The notes: generated by a model from the sequence alone, not told the origin. DNA of 64,000 nt from Amoebidium appalachense (GCA_963693365.1 CAVNZM010000003.1:530851-594850), one strand, 5' to 3'. Shown: positions 15,464 through 61,686, counted from the first letter of the stretch. Numbers and translations are program-made.

Positions 15464-15600
15464 GAAGAGACTCCGGGGGACGGGCTGGCCATGGGAGTCT
15501 ATGTTAGTCGGGATGCTATTGCTAATATTATGGAGGGCTAAAGAAGCGAAAACAAAAAAACAAAAAAATATTCCGATCGGATCTGTCATCTGTGCGAGTG

Positions 15601-15664
15601 AGTGACGTCACTGACGTATACGTACGTGGCGCCGGGCTACGTGGTGCTGTGACGTAGCGGGAAA
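15601..15664. promoter_or_regulatory. Putative cis-regulatory cluster (CRE/ATF-like and E2F-like motifs)
   Basis: Perfect 12-bp palindrome AGTGACGTCACT (15601-15612), further TGACGT at 15612 and 15650, two TACGTG, and GCGGGAAA at 15657. Lies ~2 kb upstream of the gene 3 start. Function is inferred only. Confidence 0.3.
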
Positions 15665-17584
15665 TGTCATCTCAATAAGATTCAAGTATTTCGAATTTCC
15701 AAGATGTTTTGATTGAGATATCACACCTTAGACTAGTAGATGGTGGAGTGGAATGCGGTTTACACTCCGACATCCAATCAGATTGTCGAACTTGTGTCTG
15801 CATTCCATTGGAGCATCCCCATAAACCGTGTATAAAGCATCAAACTAAATTTACATATTTTCAAGAGTGTACACAATCACACAAATCCTACAAATGTAGG
15901 TTTTTTCATTTTTATGGACTACAAAACGAATTTCTTATTTCTTAGGAAAAAACTTTTAGTGAGTTTTTTAATATTTTGATCATATAAATAAGGCATACAC
16001 GTACATGTATAAGAAGCCGATTATTATGTGCTTTCTCCAATGAACTTATGTTTATTTCAGAGCAAAGCTCTTGCGGTCACAGTGGAATGCTATCCGCGGT
16101 CACAGCGCGAGCGCCCCGGCATGTACCGGGGGTGGTCCGTGACCAACGTTCATCAAACACACCACTTGGCCAGGTTCACAAAACTACTTTGTGGAAAAAA
16201 AAACCCAAGAAATTATTTATTTGACGTATAAAACAATCTATAAAGTTATGCTATTGTATGTGATGTGAGGGTTTTGTGAACCTGTGTCATGTACCATCCA
16301 TATGCATGCTTCGGCCCCTGGACCGGTCGACAAGTCATCTACACTCGCCCATATCATCAGCATGATTATGTAATGAACTAAACTCTAGCAAAGGCGGTTT
16401 AAATACTAAATTATTTAACGCGTTGAAGAGCGAATTAACTTCATTTTACCAGTTTATACATTGGAATGCATTTGTCAATGTTTGGTTGATCTGGGAAAAA
16501 AGGAAAGTGTACCACGAGTGCCCACCGTTGGGCAAAACGTTGCAGAGTCGTAACCCTTCTGTATCCCCTTGTTGTAAGTACTCTGTTTATATTACTTGTT
16601 TCTTCGTTTTCTTGTTCTCTATATGCCTTACGCATATAGAATCCGGCTACTGTGAGCGTTTCCCTAGCCACGGTACTTTTTTCTTGGGCCAAGGAAGAGT
16701 CTTGACAAGTGTAAGTCTTTCCTCCCCACACAAGCACACAGTACAAGTGGCCATTTATTAGTTGATAACCTCACAAACCGTAACACACTTTGCCATCATC
16801 CCGATCGTCTACCTTGCACCAACCGTACCTAGATAATAGAAAATAAGTAACTTTAAAGTGAGTCCTGGGCTTCATTCACATACTGCCTGGTAAACGATCG
16901 AGTGGGTGCTTTATCTGTTCCGAAGCCTTGGGAAAACATGCCTACACATGCGAAGACGCGGCGTGTGCGTGTGCATGCAGAAAAAGAAACCACAGTACAT
17001 TTACGAGTGAAGCGTAAACGCATGAACAACAATATCCTCAAATATAGACACTGCAGATCACACAGACATCCCGAACTGGTACAGGCATGAACATGCACAC
17101 CGGTACCAGCAGCACTGGCCTTCGTGTCACACACACACACACACGCACACGCACAGGCGCACGCGCGCGCACACACACACACACATACACACGCACAGGC
17201 GCACGCGCGCGCGCGCACACACACACATACACTCACACAAGCACGCACACAAACACACGTTCATGTAAACTGGTACGTAGAGTTAGGCGCTACACATTAC
17301 CCTCAACCATGTCGTTCTCCGAGTCGGACCCAATGTACATCTCCATGCATGCCTGTGCTAGTAGGGCCTAAACATATGTTGCTCTTTCTACCGAGAGGGC
17401 TATGACAGCTTGCAGTCTGTTCTTAGATCCCCCCCTCCCTCCCCCTCCCCCCCCCCTCCCACCCCAACCCCACCTCCACCCCCCCCCTACCACACACACA
17501 CACAAACGCGGGCGCACACACACGTGCACACACGCACACACACACACACACACACGCACACACACACACAAACGCACGGGCGCG

Positions 17585-17666
<82 letters not shown>

Positions 17667-17705
17667 AAACTGCTCAGATCTCTTTTTTTTCCCAAACAGC
17701 CCACC

Positions 17706-44227
<26,522 letters not shown>

Positions 44228-44911
44228 CTGCGTCAATTTATTTTTGTTTTATTTTTTTCCGTGTGGGTTATTTTTAAGAGGTTTTTGCGTTGTTTTTTGT
44301 GTAGTAGCGAACAATGGGGAATGATTATATGCACAGATGGAGATTGTTGGTTGATCCCTTTGATAGGTGTGCAGTGTTGTACGTATATAGGCTAGTGTTT
44401 ATGCCAATTTTCGGTTGAATATAAACGATGTTTTCTGAGCATAATAATAGCTCTTTCTCACTTATACCATTGAATATGCATTCGCGGAAATTCGCCGCGT
44501 GAAAAGTGAAAATCTCGCCATTTTTACGCAAAAAAGAAGAAATATGCAAAACTGTCGTTTGATTTTTCAGGGTCTTTCTGGATAGGCTAGCATACGTCGA
44601 TCAGATAAAACAATCCTGATGATTGTGTGGTGTGCAATAAATAATCATTACTGTATCACGTTCATTTTAGTGCAGGGTTGTAAAGGGTTTATTGTGTGAA
44701 GGCATATGAACGTGCACAGTAAGCATGCCTGTTCAAGGTGCGAGTCTGTGTGTGTGACCAAAGTCTTAGGAGAGGAAGGGGGGGGGGGGGGGGGGGGGGG
44801 GGGAGTGTGTGTGTGTGTGTACGTATGTGATTGTGTGTGCGTGTGTGTGTGTGTGTACGTATGTGATTGTGTGTGCGTGTGTGTGTGTGTGTGTGTATGT
44901 ACGTATGTAAT

Positions 44912-44943
<32 letters not shown>

Positions 44944-44996
44944 TATGTATGTACGTATGTGATTGTGTGTGTGTGTGTGCGCGCGCGCGCGGGCGC

Positions 44997-45033
<37 letters not shown>

Positions 45034-45044
45034 TGTACGTATGT

Positions 45045-45093
<49 letters not shown>

Positions 45094-45111
45094 TATGTGA
45101 TTGTGTGTGCG

Positions 45112-45196
<85 letters not shown>

Positions 45197-45943
45197 TTTG
45201 CGTGAACATTGCACGTTTTTGATAAGCATGAAGACCGTGTGCACGTACATGTGTTGCCAAATCTCAATGCGGTCTTGCTGTGTCGCTTTAAAGTGTGTAC
45301 TTAAACACAACGTGACCTTAAGGCCTCCTGCTACACACAGACGAACTAAAAAAGTAGATATATTGCAATCTCAAAAATTTTGTATGGACCAATATGCGTG
45401 CGCAATTGCACCGACCAGCCAAATATGAAAATTATGGAGGGAAGTTTTGTCGCGAAAAAAAGGTTTTCATAAAACACCTAATTCTTAAAAAGCTAGGAAT
45501 ATAGCACAGTGTCACGGGCTGCTGGTGAGTGTGGTGTGCTATTCAATCAGGAAGCCTCGCATATGTGACACTATGTGTACCACTGTTGCGAGCACGGGAG
45601 CACGCGAGCACTTGCCTCCACCAATGAAGTCTGTATCTTTTGAGCGTGTACACATGGGCACTGTCTCGCTACTATCAAGCTTTCTGCACGCGTACGCGTG
45701 TACAAGTCCACATCATCGTACGTGTTGCAATGCATGTGTGCACATGTACACCCGCGCACGTGCCGTGACGTGTGTGTGTGTGTGTGTGTGTACATGTGCA
45801 TGCACGGTGCGCGTACCCGGGCATACAACCTGGATATGAGGCCGTAACATGCGTGTGTACAAGTTGCAAGCTAGCATGTGTACGGTTTATACATTCTGCA
45901 GCTGGGTTTTGCACAAAAGATGCGGTCATGGTGGCCAGGGGGT

Positions 45944-45977
<34 letters not shown>

Positions 45978-47055
45978 GATAGGCACGTGTTTCCGAGGTG
46001 GTCGATACAGTACGCTGCACATTACAGTACTCGGAGAACACTTGATTAGTTCTGCCGACACAATTTCCCGACGCGATATTTTGCACGTTAGCTCGGATAT
46101 AATAAGCTCATTCGGGTTCGGAGCATCCAAATAAAGCTATATGAGATATATATATATATATATATCTCACAAAAAGTTCCCCTCCCCCGGCCCTCCCCGC
46201 CAATCCCCTAGGCTAAAGCTGTACACCCAAAGTCCGAGCTCCCCCCCCCCCCCCCCCCCAACAACAACCACCACCATCACCCCAGAACGCACGCATGCAC
46301 ATGCACACAGTACGCGTGTGCACACACACACCAACACCCACACCCACATACGACTGCCGGAGATCTACACAAAGCCTTGCAATATTGAAGGGCAGAGGAA
46401 GTTCTGAAGACAAACACGAGATTACGAAAGATTTACTGTACATCACACAGTGTGGCATATGAGTATACTTATAGCAAATCAGTATACGTATACACGTGGC
46501 ATTGCACACTGCTTGTCTTTAGGAATAACCCAAACACAACCCAAATGTAATCAAATAGTCCATAAGAGAGATTACTTAAGTAGTGAATGACGAGTGGGGA
46601 ACTTCGGGTGATCATCTTAATTAAGGGATTTCCTTTTTGTCTGATTTATTGTCAAAGCTTTTTAGTCCTTAGGTCGGGCCAAATGCTGTTTGATGCGCAT
46701 CAGGCCAATCATATTGCATATATGCATACATCACATTCGGGTCTGACCCGACCCGATTACCTAAAAGAAATCCCCTTTAATAACATGCACACATTGTCGT
46801 TGCTGGCCAGAAAGAACACGTTTTAAAAACGCATTGTACTGAAAAAGTGTGCGCGTGTGCACGCATATAACTTATCAATAGAAAGAGAGTGTATGTACAG
46901 GAACGTGCAAGCACACATTCTAAAGCATTAAAGAAAGATTCTTTTAGACCAATTTTTATCGGCCCTTTCGGGTCAAGCAGATGCGCACCACGCACAACGC
47001 ATCGCATAGAACCATTCGGGTCTGACCCGACCCGAAACCCTTAAAGAAACTCTCA

Positions 47056-52114
<5,059 letters not shown>

Positions 52115-54340
52115 TTCCCGTGTTTTAAGGTAAAACCCCGAAACGAAAAAATATATTGCCGATGGATACGTTGTGAAACTCGGGCCTGGAGTAAAACAGA
52201 ACAGTGCTAAAACCGAGAATTGTTGCTCGAGAGAAATCTTTCTGTTGTGCCTGTGTTGGTGTGGCTGGAGATTTCAAATACAAGAAAATTTAATTTTAGA
52301 TGAATACAACATAGGAAAATGGTCGACCTCCTGGTGTGTTTTGGCGGATCTCAAACACAGATAACCTGATGGGGAGAAAAAAGGAAATCAGCAAAAGAAA
52401 ACAGTCAAAAAACCAAATAAGTTGAAAGCAAGGTGCTTAAGTAAGAAGAAAAAGGAATGAAGAGTTGAGCTAAAAGGGGCAATTGGTGTAGGCCATGTTG
52501 TTGTTGTGTGTGGGTACGTGTGTATGCGCGTGTGTGCATGTGCGCGCGCCTGCATGCTCGCATGTACAGAAAAGTCACTTATGACCGTTCAGATCAGGAA
52601 CACAAATAAGAGCAGCTCAGAGGGAAGTGCCTTCAAAACGAGGCGGGAAGGAGGGGTGTGGGGAACAGATCAAGAGATACAGGTTAAAGCCAGGGGGGAG
52701 AGGGGGAGTCTTTTGGGGGGATCAGGGGAGGGAAGGACAAGAAGGGAGGGAGCCAGGAAGGGAGGTAGGAGGGCCGGGAAAGAGGGGTGGGAGGGGGGGG
52801 GGGGTTGGGGGGTTGGGGGGGGGGGGGGGGGGGGGGGGGGGTGGGGAGGGGAACCTCAAAGTAGGTGCAAAAAACCCAATGCTAGCTATACACACACACA
52901 CACACACCCCAACCACACATCTGTACATCACACAACCAGACACATGCAACCACTTCGCTCACACAAAGGTACAGCAAACCTAAGAGCCAGACGACGGACA
53001 TTGCGCTAGCCTGACATCCACCTCCACACACACACACACAACGCACCCTCGCACCCCACCATGCACACACACACACACATAATGACCTCTGTTCTTTTCC
53101 ATCTACCAACACCACCCACCGACCCACCGCCCCAACGTTTGTAAAATAAGTTGGACACCGCGACGAAGCACAGGTACACGCGCGTACACAAGCACCACGG
53201 CCCTCTGTGTTCAGAGGGCCGTGACAAGCACGCACGCATGAAAGCACACACGTGCGCAGGCGCGCACGAACGCACATGCGTACCACCCACGACAGATTCC
53301 CCCAAACCGCTCACGCATGCCAATAACACGACCAAAACATGTACCCAAGCATGTAACGGACGTTGTAACTCACCTCAAGCATCAGTCTAGGCCCTCCATC
53401 TCAATGAGACCTCTTACCAGAAGCGCATTCGTTTAGTAATCTAGGCTGTTTCTAACTTTGCATTTCAACGGATGGGTGCAATTCCAAGAATAATAGCTCA
53501 AGTGATGTACTTGGAAAAGTGTGGGGTTACCAATTTTGCAGCTTACAGAAACGAAATGTTGATTAGAACAACGACATGCGAACTAGAAACACCCAAAAAA
53601 AAAAAAGGAAAGAAAAAGAAGACTCAGTGATAAAGGAGCAAAATAACGGTCACATCAATCAAAGGTAAAGCGACCAGCCAATCAAACACTGCCCTAAATA
53701 TAGACCTCGCCTAGAAAATAAGACCTTAAAATAGCTAGTGGGCCAGGAGGAATAGCAGCGATTGGTCGAATCCGCACCCTCAGGAATGTGTATGAGACAC
53801 ATCACAGCCTAATAAAAAAATTAGATCCGTACATACCGTGCACACACGAACTCGTGCGCGCACATACGCACCAACACACACACACAAATACCACACACGG
53901 GCCGTGTCAACACAGACACGTACACACAACTCACCAGCTAATGCCAAGCCCCCCCCCCCCCTCTCTCCCCCCCTCGCCCCCCCCCCCCCCCGGGCCCGCC
54001 CCCCAAAGTCCCCCCGGCCCCCTGGGCCTGGGCAGCGCCCCGGGCCGGCCCTCCCGGCCCACCCCCCCCACCTCCCCCTCCTCCCAACCCCAACCAACCA
54101 AAAGAAGAAGAATGACAGAAGAGGGGGACCCAATATGTATTGTGAAGTGGACATTTTACCTGTACTGTTGCAAATTGCGTATGCCGTAGATTATCATGAC
54201 GGACAATGGTATACACATAATAAACACCCGGCGAGTGACGTATTCATACACATACTTGCCGGTAGCTGATATGTATATGTCTGTGCATGTCCATCATTTA
54301 GTGATCATAGTAGAACTACGGTATCTGAGGGGTTGAACTT

Positions 54341-54371
<31 letters not shown>

Positions 54372-54669
54372 CCCCCTTCAACCGGTGACACAAGCTCCAG
54401 TATGTATCAGTACAGGCCTGGTCACTCTGCAAGCATACGTATTATTTCACTCACAGTAAATTAAAAATATTAGAACGGCAAGTAGATCCTCGGAACTGTC
54501 CCATACATATTGCATTCGAAGCTAACCGCCTGTGTTGCATCGATTACGTTGCGGGACACTCCGTCATCAATGCCAAATGCATACTGGCCGTATGAGGTTT
54601 AGTCAAGGACGACGTTGAATTCGTCCACGTGCATGGAGTGTGGCCCACTGTACGTGTGTGTGTGTGTGT

Positions 54670-54705
<36 letters not shown>

Positions 54706-55115
54706 GGGGGTGAATGGTTGTGTGCGTTTGGGGGAAGGGGGGGGTGGGGGGGGATTTGACCCAAATAGGGGTTGCAATTGGTTTAGGTATTCACTTCCGG
54801 ATTTCAAGACGAAGGGACAGGGGTAGGGGAAAAGAAGTGAAGGGGGGGGGGGGGAGGGGGAGGCTGGAGGGGGGAGAGGGCGGAAGGGGGAGGCGGGGGG
54901 CGCGCGGCCCGTGGGGGGGGGGGGGGGGGGGGAGGGGAAGTGGGGGGAGGGCGGGGAGCAATGCCATTACATTTTGAATGAGCGGATTTCGTTTGATTTG
55001 ACTTTTTTTTTCCAGAGCGCAGCCACTGGGTTGCTAATCGTGTGTTGTGTGTGGCAAGGGCGCGGGGTTATTTGAGGTTGCGAGGGAGAAGAAGGAGGGA
55101 GGGGGGAAGGGGGGA

Positions 55116-55152
<37 letters not shown>

Positions 55153-55326
55153 GGGGGTTGAGGGATGTAGAAAGAACTTTAAAAAGGACACTAGATTTAG
55201 AGATGGCATAAAAGGCCACCACTGCAGAAGGCTTCACGTTGGAAACTTCGGAAATGGTTGGTATAGACCTATGAGTTGAAGGGGAGGGACACGGGAATGT
55301 GAAGAAGGCAGGCAGGCACCCGTTCT

Positions 55327-55367
<41 letters not shown>

Positions 55368-55864
55368 AAAAAAAAAAAAAACCAAAAAAAAAATACGGAC
55401 ACAGATGACACACCTTTCCTCCTACCTGGGATAAACACAAACATTCGTTCGGTGTGTGTGCACGTGTATATTTGTGTAGTGCGGCTGGGGAAGGGGGTGA
55501 AGGGGAAAAAAGTGTTTGGGGGGGGGAGGGGAGGGGGGGGAGGGGGGATGGGGGGCGGGGGGATGGGGGGAGGGGGGGGGAGGGGGGAGGGAAGGGGGGA
55601 AGGGGTCCGGGGTTTGAAGTTGCTTGGGCCGTCCTACACAGTTTTAATACTGAAATGTTTACTTCAGCTTTGAAAACTCAGTTCACAGCTGAGTGTAGAC
55701 TGACTCCTGTACTGTGAATTTGCCTTGTGTTTGCAAACAAATTCAATGATCACAGAGCTAGATATCATGTGAAAGGTTTACGTTTTTGCTCATTTGCACA
55801 GGACTCTCGATGATAAGAAATTCGTGCTCTTATTCTAACACTGATGGGGCATCACCCCAAATGA

Positions 55865-58316
55865 CTACCAGAACACAGTAAACAGGGCCACAGCAAGAGA
55901 CGACAGAACGAGCACATATGAAGAAGTGGGTGCAACACCATGTGCTATATTAGCAGCCCCTTCGATTGTGGTGGAGAGAACACTGCCTTGTGCCGCTGTG
56001 AGTGGGTCATACGAGGGAGCGCTACCACCCACAACATATGTGTAGCTAACAGATATCTGGCTGTCTCTGCGCTCTCTCGTGTGACGGTGGTGTGGTTGTT
56101 CGCTCTCAGCAAGCACCGACATGATTTGCCCAACCGTCTCCTGGATTTCGGAAAGTGCCTGGCGAATGGTTCGCACCACGGTTTCGTGCTTGTGTGCGTG
56201 TGCATGATTAATGTCGCGGCGTGCGCGAATCATTCCAACTTTCGTCAGTTGGTCCTTTGTTCCAGCCATGATTGCTTTACCCATGGAGGAGAAAGGTCCC
56301 TCCATACCCTCGAATTTTGCCCCCTTGAACATCTTCTGACATACCAAATCCTTGCAGGAGGTAACGTTGGTGTCTGCAGTGCAAAAAGACGTCCCGGCCT
56401 CAGTGTCGCTAGCAAAGTTGACGTTTACGCCGAATTTCGTAAGGAGCTCTTTGATGTCCGACCGTGCTGTGTTTACGTAGTCTTGCACTTTGCCGAAAAC
56501 AGGACGGCATGTATCATACAGAGCATCGCACGTTGCCGCACTGAGACGAACCGTTATGTTATCGCCCTCCTTGTACGTGCCGTTAATGCCATCCACATAC
56601 TTGGTGTAATCTGCATCACACGCAAGGCAGGTCATCCCCACGTGGAAACGGAGGGCCCCTTGAAGGCAATAGGCGTAGCGGGCCTCGATGTCTAGCAGGT
56701 ATGCACGTGTAGTTTCGAAGAGACGGTTTTTGAGGTCGGTGATTGCTTGGACGAGTTTCTGATATTCTTCGCTAAAGTCCGCCCCAGTGTTGTTCAGCCT
56801 GTTTGTGTGCGGGAAAGTCAGTCGGGTTTTTTTATCAGCCATACACAGAAACTCGGATATCACCTGCGATTTAGTTGGTTGGAAGACATTATCAACCCGT
56901 TTGGTTTGCAGCAAAAAAAGAAGTTGTCTGGGCAAGAGCAGAGAGAGCGCGCAATTGAGCATTCAGAGAGACCCCAATTAGAGAGAAGGAGAGAGGGCGG
57001 GAGAGTAATCTTCTCGCGCACTTGTTGTCTCGTGCATAATAGAAGTACCCAAACCCCCCCTCCCTCAACCCTCCGCTCCCCCCTGCCCCCTCCTCCCCTC
57101 CCCCCCCCCCCCCCCCCCTCAGCACACACACACACACCGTCCTCAATTTATAAGTGTACACATCACCCACTATCCTTCCATACACACAAAGCCCACCCAC
57201 ACTCTGGAAGAGACTTCGAGAAAGACAGAAAAAGTGCTTTGCTAAAGCAGAAAATCAGAGTATGTTCCCAAAAATCCAGATGTGCAATGATCCCAATAGT
57301 CCAGATCTAGAGGCTCGAACTCCCGCTAAACATCCAACTCAGAGAGCCTTAAAAAGTGACCCGTTGGCTGGGAGAGACAAACCGGGGAGGGGGTTCCTTT
57401 AAAAGTCATGAAAAAGGGACAGACCTTTGCAAATCATCCTTTGCATGTTTCCCCCGGCACCCCTCCCTCCAAAACCAAAGTTATAACGAAGACTTCTTAG
57501 ACAGATGTCTGCTAACTCGCGGAAGGCTTCGCTTGGATTGAACCGCTTGTGCCTGGCTGCGGCGAATGCGCCAGTTTTGCAGGCACCGAAATACCCCCCC
57601 CCCCCCCCCCCCCCCCCCCCTCCCCCCTCTCTCCCCTTTTTTTTTTTCGCTGGCACACGAATGCTCCTACCTCAAGATTTTCTCTAGGTTTCTGAGACTC
57701 TCTCATTTCACACTCCTTGGCTCCAAATCTGCCACGGAACGCTAACATGATAATCACGCGATAAGCGGAGGACGCCCTGAGTGCTTGTTTTTCTTGCACA
57801 GTTCCCGTTAATTTCTGTGTGTATTCACCCTAAATTTCTACGATTACATCATGATAAAACATAAACAAGCTCTTTTACCCACCCAATTTGCTGCTGCATG
57901 CCCGTGGCCGAGAAGTTGAGTGAGTTGGAGCCCGTGCTGTTCAGGTACTCCAAGACCCTATTCCTAGTCTTGTTGATGCGACTTTTGTAGATGCCATACA
58001 GAGACCCAATATCGTTGAAGTCTGTGGCGTTACAGCAAGAGTTGGTAACGGAGGGACACACGCTGTTGACGAGCCCGAGGACGGCTGCTTGCCGTGCTGA
58101 AACACGTTCAGAAACGTTGGTGTATGGATAGTCTGAATCACTCTCTTTGAAGGCAAGCATCAGGGGGTTGCAGACACTCGTATCATTGATGGCACCAAAT
58201 GATGGCGTTGGAATGGTTGCGGACGTGCTTGTAGGAAAAAGAGTGCTCCCTACGTCTGCTTGAGCACCAAGCCCGAAGGCAAGCGCACACGCAGCGAAAG
58301 AAACATGCATTTTCAT
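55865..58316 (-). CDS. Secreted, probably GPI-anchored Cys-rich helical surface protein (~455 aa, 2 exons); family uncertain
   Basis: Exons 58316-57883 (GTGGGT donor, phase 2) and 56798-55865 (AAACAG acceptor, phase 2) join in frame. Signal peptide MHVSFAACALAFGLGAQA. Cys motifs VCPSVTNSCCN, YCLQG, TCLACDAD, TCDALYDTC, CKDLVC. Hydrophobic C-terminus YVLVLSSLAVALFTVFW-stop with no cytoplasmic tail. Confidence 0.8.
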
Positions 58317-59168
58317 TGTTTTTCTTGTGCTTTACTCAGCTTTTACTTGAGTTTCTATGAGGAACGCTTCACGTTTTGTGGTTTCTGTCAAGAGAAAAGA
58401 GAGAAGTGAGATTTCGTGTGAAGTCGTGTGTGCGTTCATAATGAAGCTGGTGTGAAAAATGTCGCCTTTTACGTACTCCAAATGCTACGGTTATGGCGTA
58501 TTGCAGGTGCGTGTGAACCGCGGGACATCATCGTCTGGTCGGATCTGGAATAGATTCCCAGGTCTGACATTCCTATTGGATGAATAACTCGAGAGGGGTA
58601 AATATTCGTGATTGTGCATTTGGTTGTGGGCAAGGATCGCTAGCACAAAGAAGCGCCTGATGTGCCAATAAGTTAGCTTAATCATTTTATGCATCAATCT
58701 ACAAATGTTTCTGTTTTCCCTATTGGTAGTTCAAATTTTACTTATGGTTCGTAGGAGTGGAATGTGGCGAACTTTTTAGGCTACTCTCTGGAATCCAGAG
58801 TACAGCTATTTTACATGTCTCTGAGTAACCATAAATAACTTTTTCGGTCACCAATCGTTATCGGCTCACATTACTATTGGTTTAACCCGCACCGTTTAAG
58901 TTTTCACTGAGCCATGTACGGGGGTTTACGCTGTTTACTCGAGGCAAAGAGAGACCAGTCTCAGGTATGGGGGGTTTTTGCTCGGAATATCCCCTCAGCG
59001 GTATATCATGATCACGTACATAGCTGTCGGGTGATGATTATATATCAGGGTTTACTTTCTCTACGAGACACCATAAAGACTAAGAAAAATCAATTAGTTG
59101 GGGTTCCCCGTTCTTTTTTTTTTTTTTTTTTTTTTTCGGGGCTCCCTGGGACACTCGGTATCAGCTGG

Positions 59169-59412
<244 letters not shown>

Positions 59413-59689
59413 AGAATTTTGTAATGATGTGTTGAATTGTTCCGAGGCTCTCGACAGGCACCTGTACATGTACTTTTGCTGTGCACGTCCGATGTCGACA
59501 GTGTCGACGTCAAGCTCGCGATGTGCAAGGCACAGGTACAGATCAAAAATATCGTAACTCGTGTGTATACATACTGTAAACACACAGATTACACAGATAC
59601 ATATACCGTATCTCGTGTATATACATACTGTAAATACTGGTTCAGGAAGCTACAATAAAGCCTGGGCCCGGGGCATGTAGATGCACGAC

Positions 59690-60620
59690 TGGTAAGTCGA
59701 CCGTGAGCCACTTTAGTGGCTCGAATGGGTCGAAATAGCCACTAAAGTGGCTCGTACCGGACGACCACCCCTGCAGCTTAGTGGTCGAGAGTTGCCCGCG
59801 CTTTCTTGGTATGCCCATTTAGCTGCTGAAGTTTCCTGCCTTTTTTGTCTCTGGACCAAGGTGATTGGTGTAATAAAAAAGGGCGCCAGCGCTTGTCAAC
59901 CAACTCGGGGTATCGTGTTTTTTTTACATTCCTCGGCAGTCGACAGATCTATCGATTTCAGCCCAGATTTCTGCCGGAAGCGGCTGAACCTCTGGAGAAT
60001 GCTACATAGTGAACTCGATGAAAAGTCAACATAAAGCCTTCAAATTTTGCCGCTAGCATGCTAGCACATTTTTTTTTGCTTTCTGCTACTTTTTAAAGGG
60101 TTCCGCGCACCTTGAAGCACCTATATTTTGACATAACCAAAAACTTGTCCAGAGAGTCCAGTTTGACTCGATTCCGCCCGACTGCCGACCTCCATTTCCG
60201 GTGGAAGAAGGCTATCCGTTGCAGAACGCTACTAAGTGATCTCAGTGAAATGACGACGTAAGACCTTCAAACTTTGCAGGTAGCATGCTAATACTATCGT
60301 CTTTGTTTTCTACTAATTATATTAGGGCTTAGCACACCGTGGGGAGGCGCTTAGCACACCGGCAATATAACGAACATAACCAAAAATTCGTCCAGAAAAT
60401 CAACTTCTTCGCTTGCAACCCCAAGTTCGCAGCGCAGTGTGAAGCAGACATTAGAGACAAAACTTCGTGTTCTTGGTGTCTGCGTGACCGTTAGGTTGTT
60501 AACAACGTCGATGTGTAGTTTGTTTTGTGAGTTTTGTATGTTTACTACCACTTGTAGGGATCGCGCGCAACTAGGTCATTCGAGCCACAAAAGTGGCTCA
60601 GATCGCCGGTCGGCTTATCA
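59690..60620. mobile_element. Putative non-autonomous DNA transposon (MITE-like) with imperfect terminal inverted repeats
   Basis: Left TGGTAAGTCGACCG-TGAGCCACTTTAGTGGCTCGAATG (59690-59727) and right CATTCGAGCCACAAAAGTGGCTCA-gatcgc-CGGTCGGCTTATCA (60577-60620) are reverse complements, with 23/24 identity in the core. Internal degenerate ~230-bp duplication. No transposase ORF and no clear TSD. Confidence 0.55.
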
Positions 60621-60653
60621 CACTTATATGTATGTACTGGACAGAGGTTGGCC

Positions 60654-60816
<163 letters not shown>

Positions 60817-60852
60817 CCCCTCATCCTCTCTCTCTCCCTCTCTCTCTCCCTC

Positions 60853-60883
<31 letters not shown>

Positions 60884-61272
60884 ACCTCCCTTCTTTCTCT
60901 CTTTCTCTGTGTGAGTGTGTGTGTGAGTGTGTGTGTGTGTATACAGTGTGTGCCGTATTTGTACAGTCTACCACTAGCGAAAAAGCAATGCCAAAAAGGT
61001 ATCGAAAAACTTAAACTTGTACGTACATATAATTACCACCTCTATTTGTATTTTTCACATTGTTTTGCCAGCCAACTGTTTCCTTTTGCACACCACTTTT
61101 TTTTTTTTTACATGTAAGAAACAAAGAAGAGGTCTGACACACTAGTACTTCCATTTAGGTTGTGCATATTGTCTTGACTATTACTGGGAACCCTCCCCCG
61201 GTTCCTGCCCCTCTCCCGCCTCTCACCCCCGCCCCCCCCCCCCCCCCCCCCCCCCCTCTCCTCCCCCCCCTC

Positions 61273-61316
<44 letters not shown>

Positions 61317-61323
61317 ACCACCA

Positions 61324-61375
<52 letters not shown>

Positions 61376-61655
61376 GGTGTTTGTGGGTGTTAGAGGTGGT
61401 GGTGGTTATGGTGGAGATGGGTTGAGGGGGATGGGGGGAGGGGGGGGGGGGGGGGGGGGAGGGAAGGAATGGGGGGGTCACAAGTAGCCTCTTCGACATG
61501 CACTTCCCTCCTATAATTAATGTGCACATTTCCAGAGTCTAGAATGGCGCTATGAGTCGTGCTTCACACAGCGTACAGTGCTCAAAACTTGAAAAAAATT
61601 ATATCATGGCTTGCCAGCTGGGAATAACAAAGGTTCATATTGAACATTACCCCCC

Positions 61656-61686
<31 letters not shown>

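Noticed and set aside
55940-56695. 251-aa + strand ORF
   Set aside because: It is the antisense shadow of gene 5 exon 2 and has no recognisable motifs.
57673-57830. Possible internal exon of gene 5 (GEYTQKLTG...RENLE)
   Set aside because: Its phases do not link to the last exon, whereas the direct 57883-to-56798 splice is in frame.
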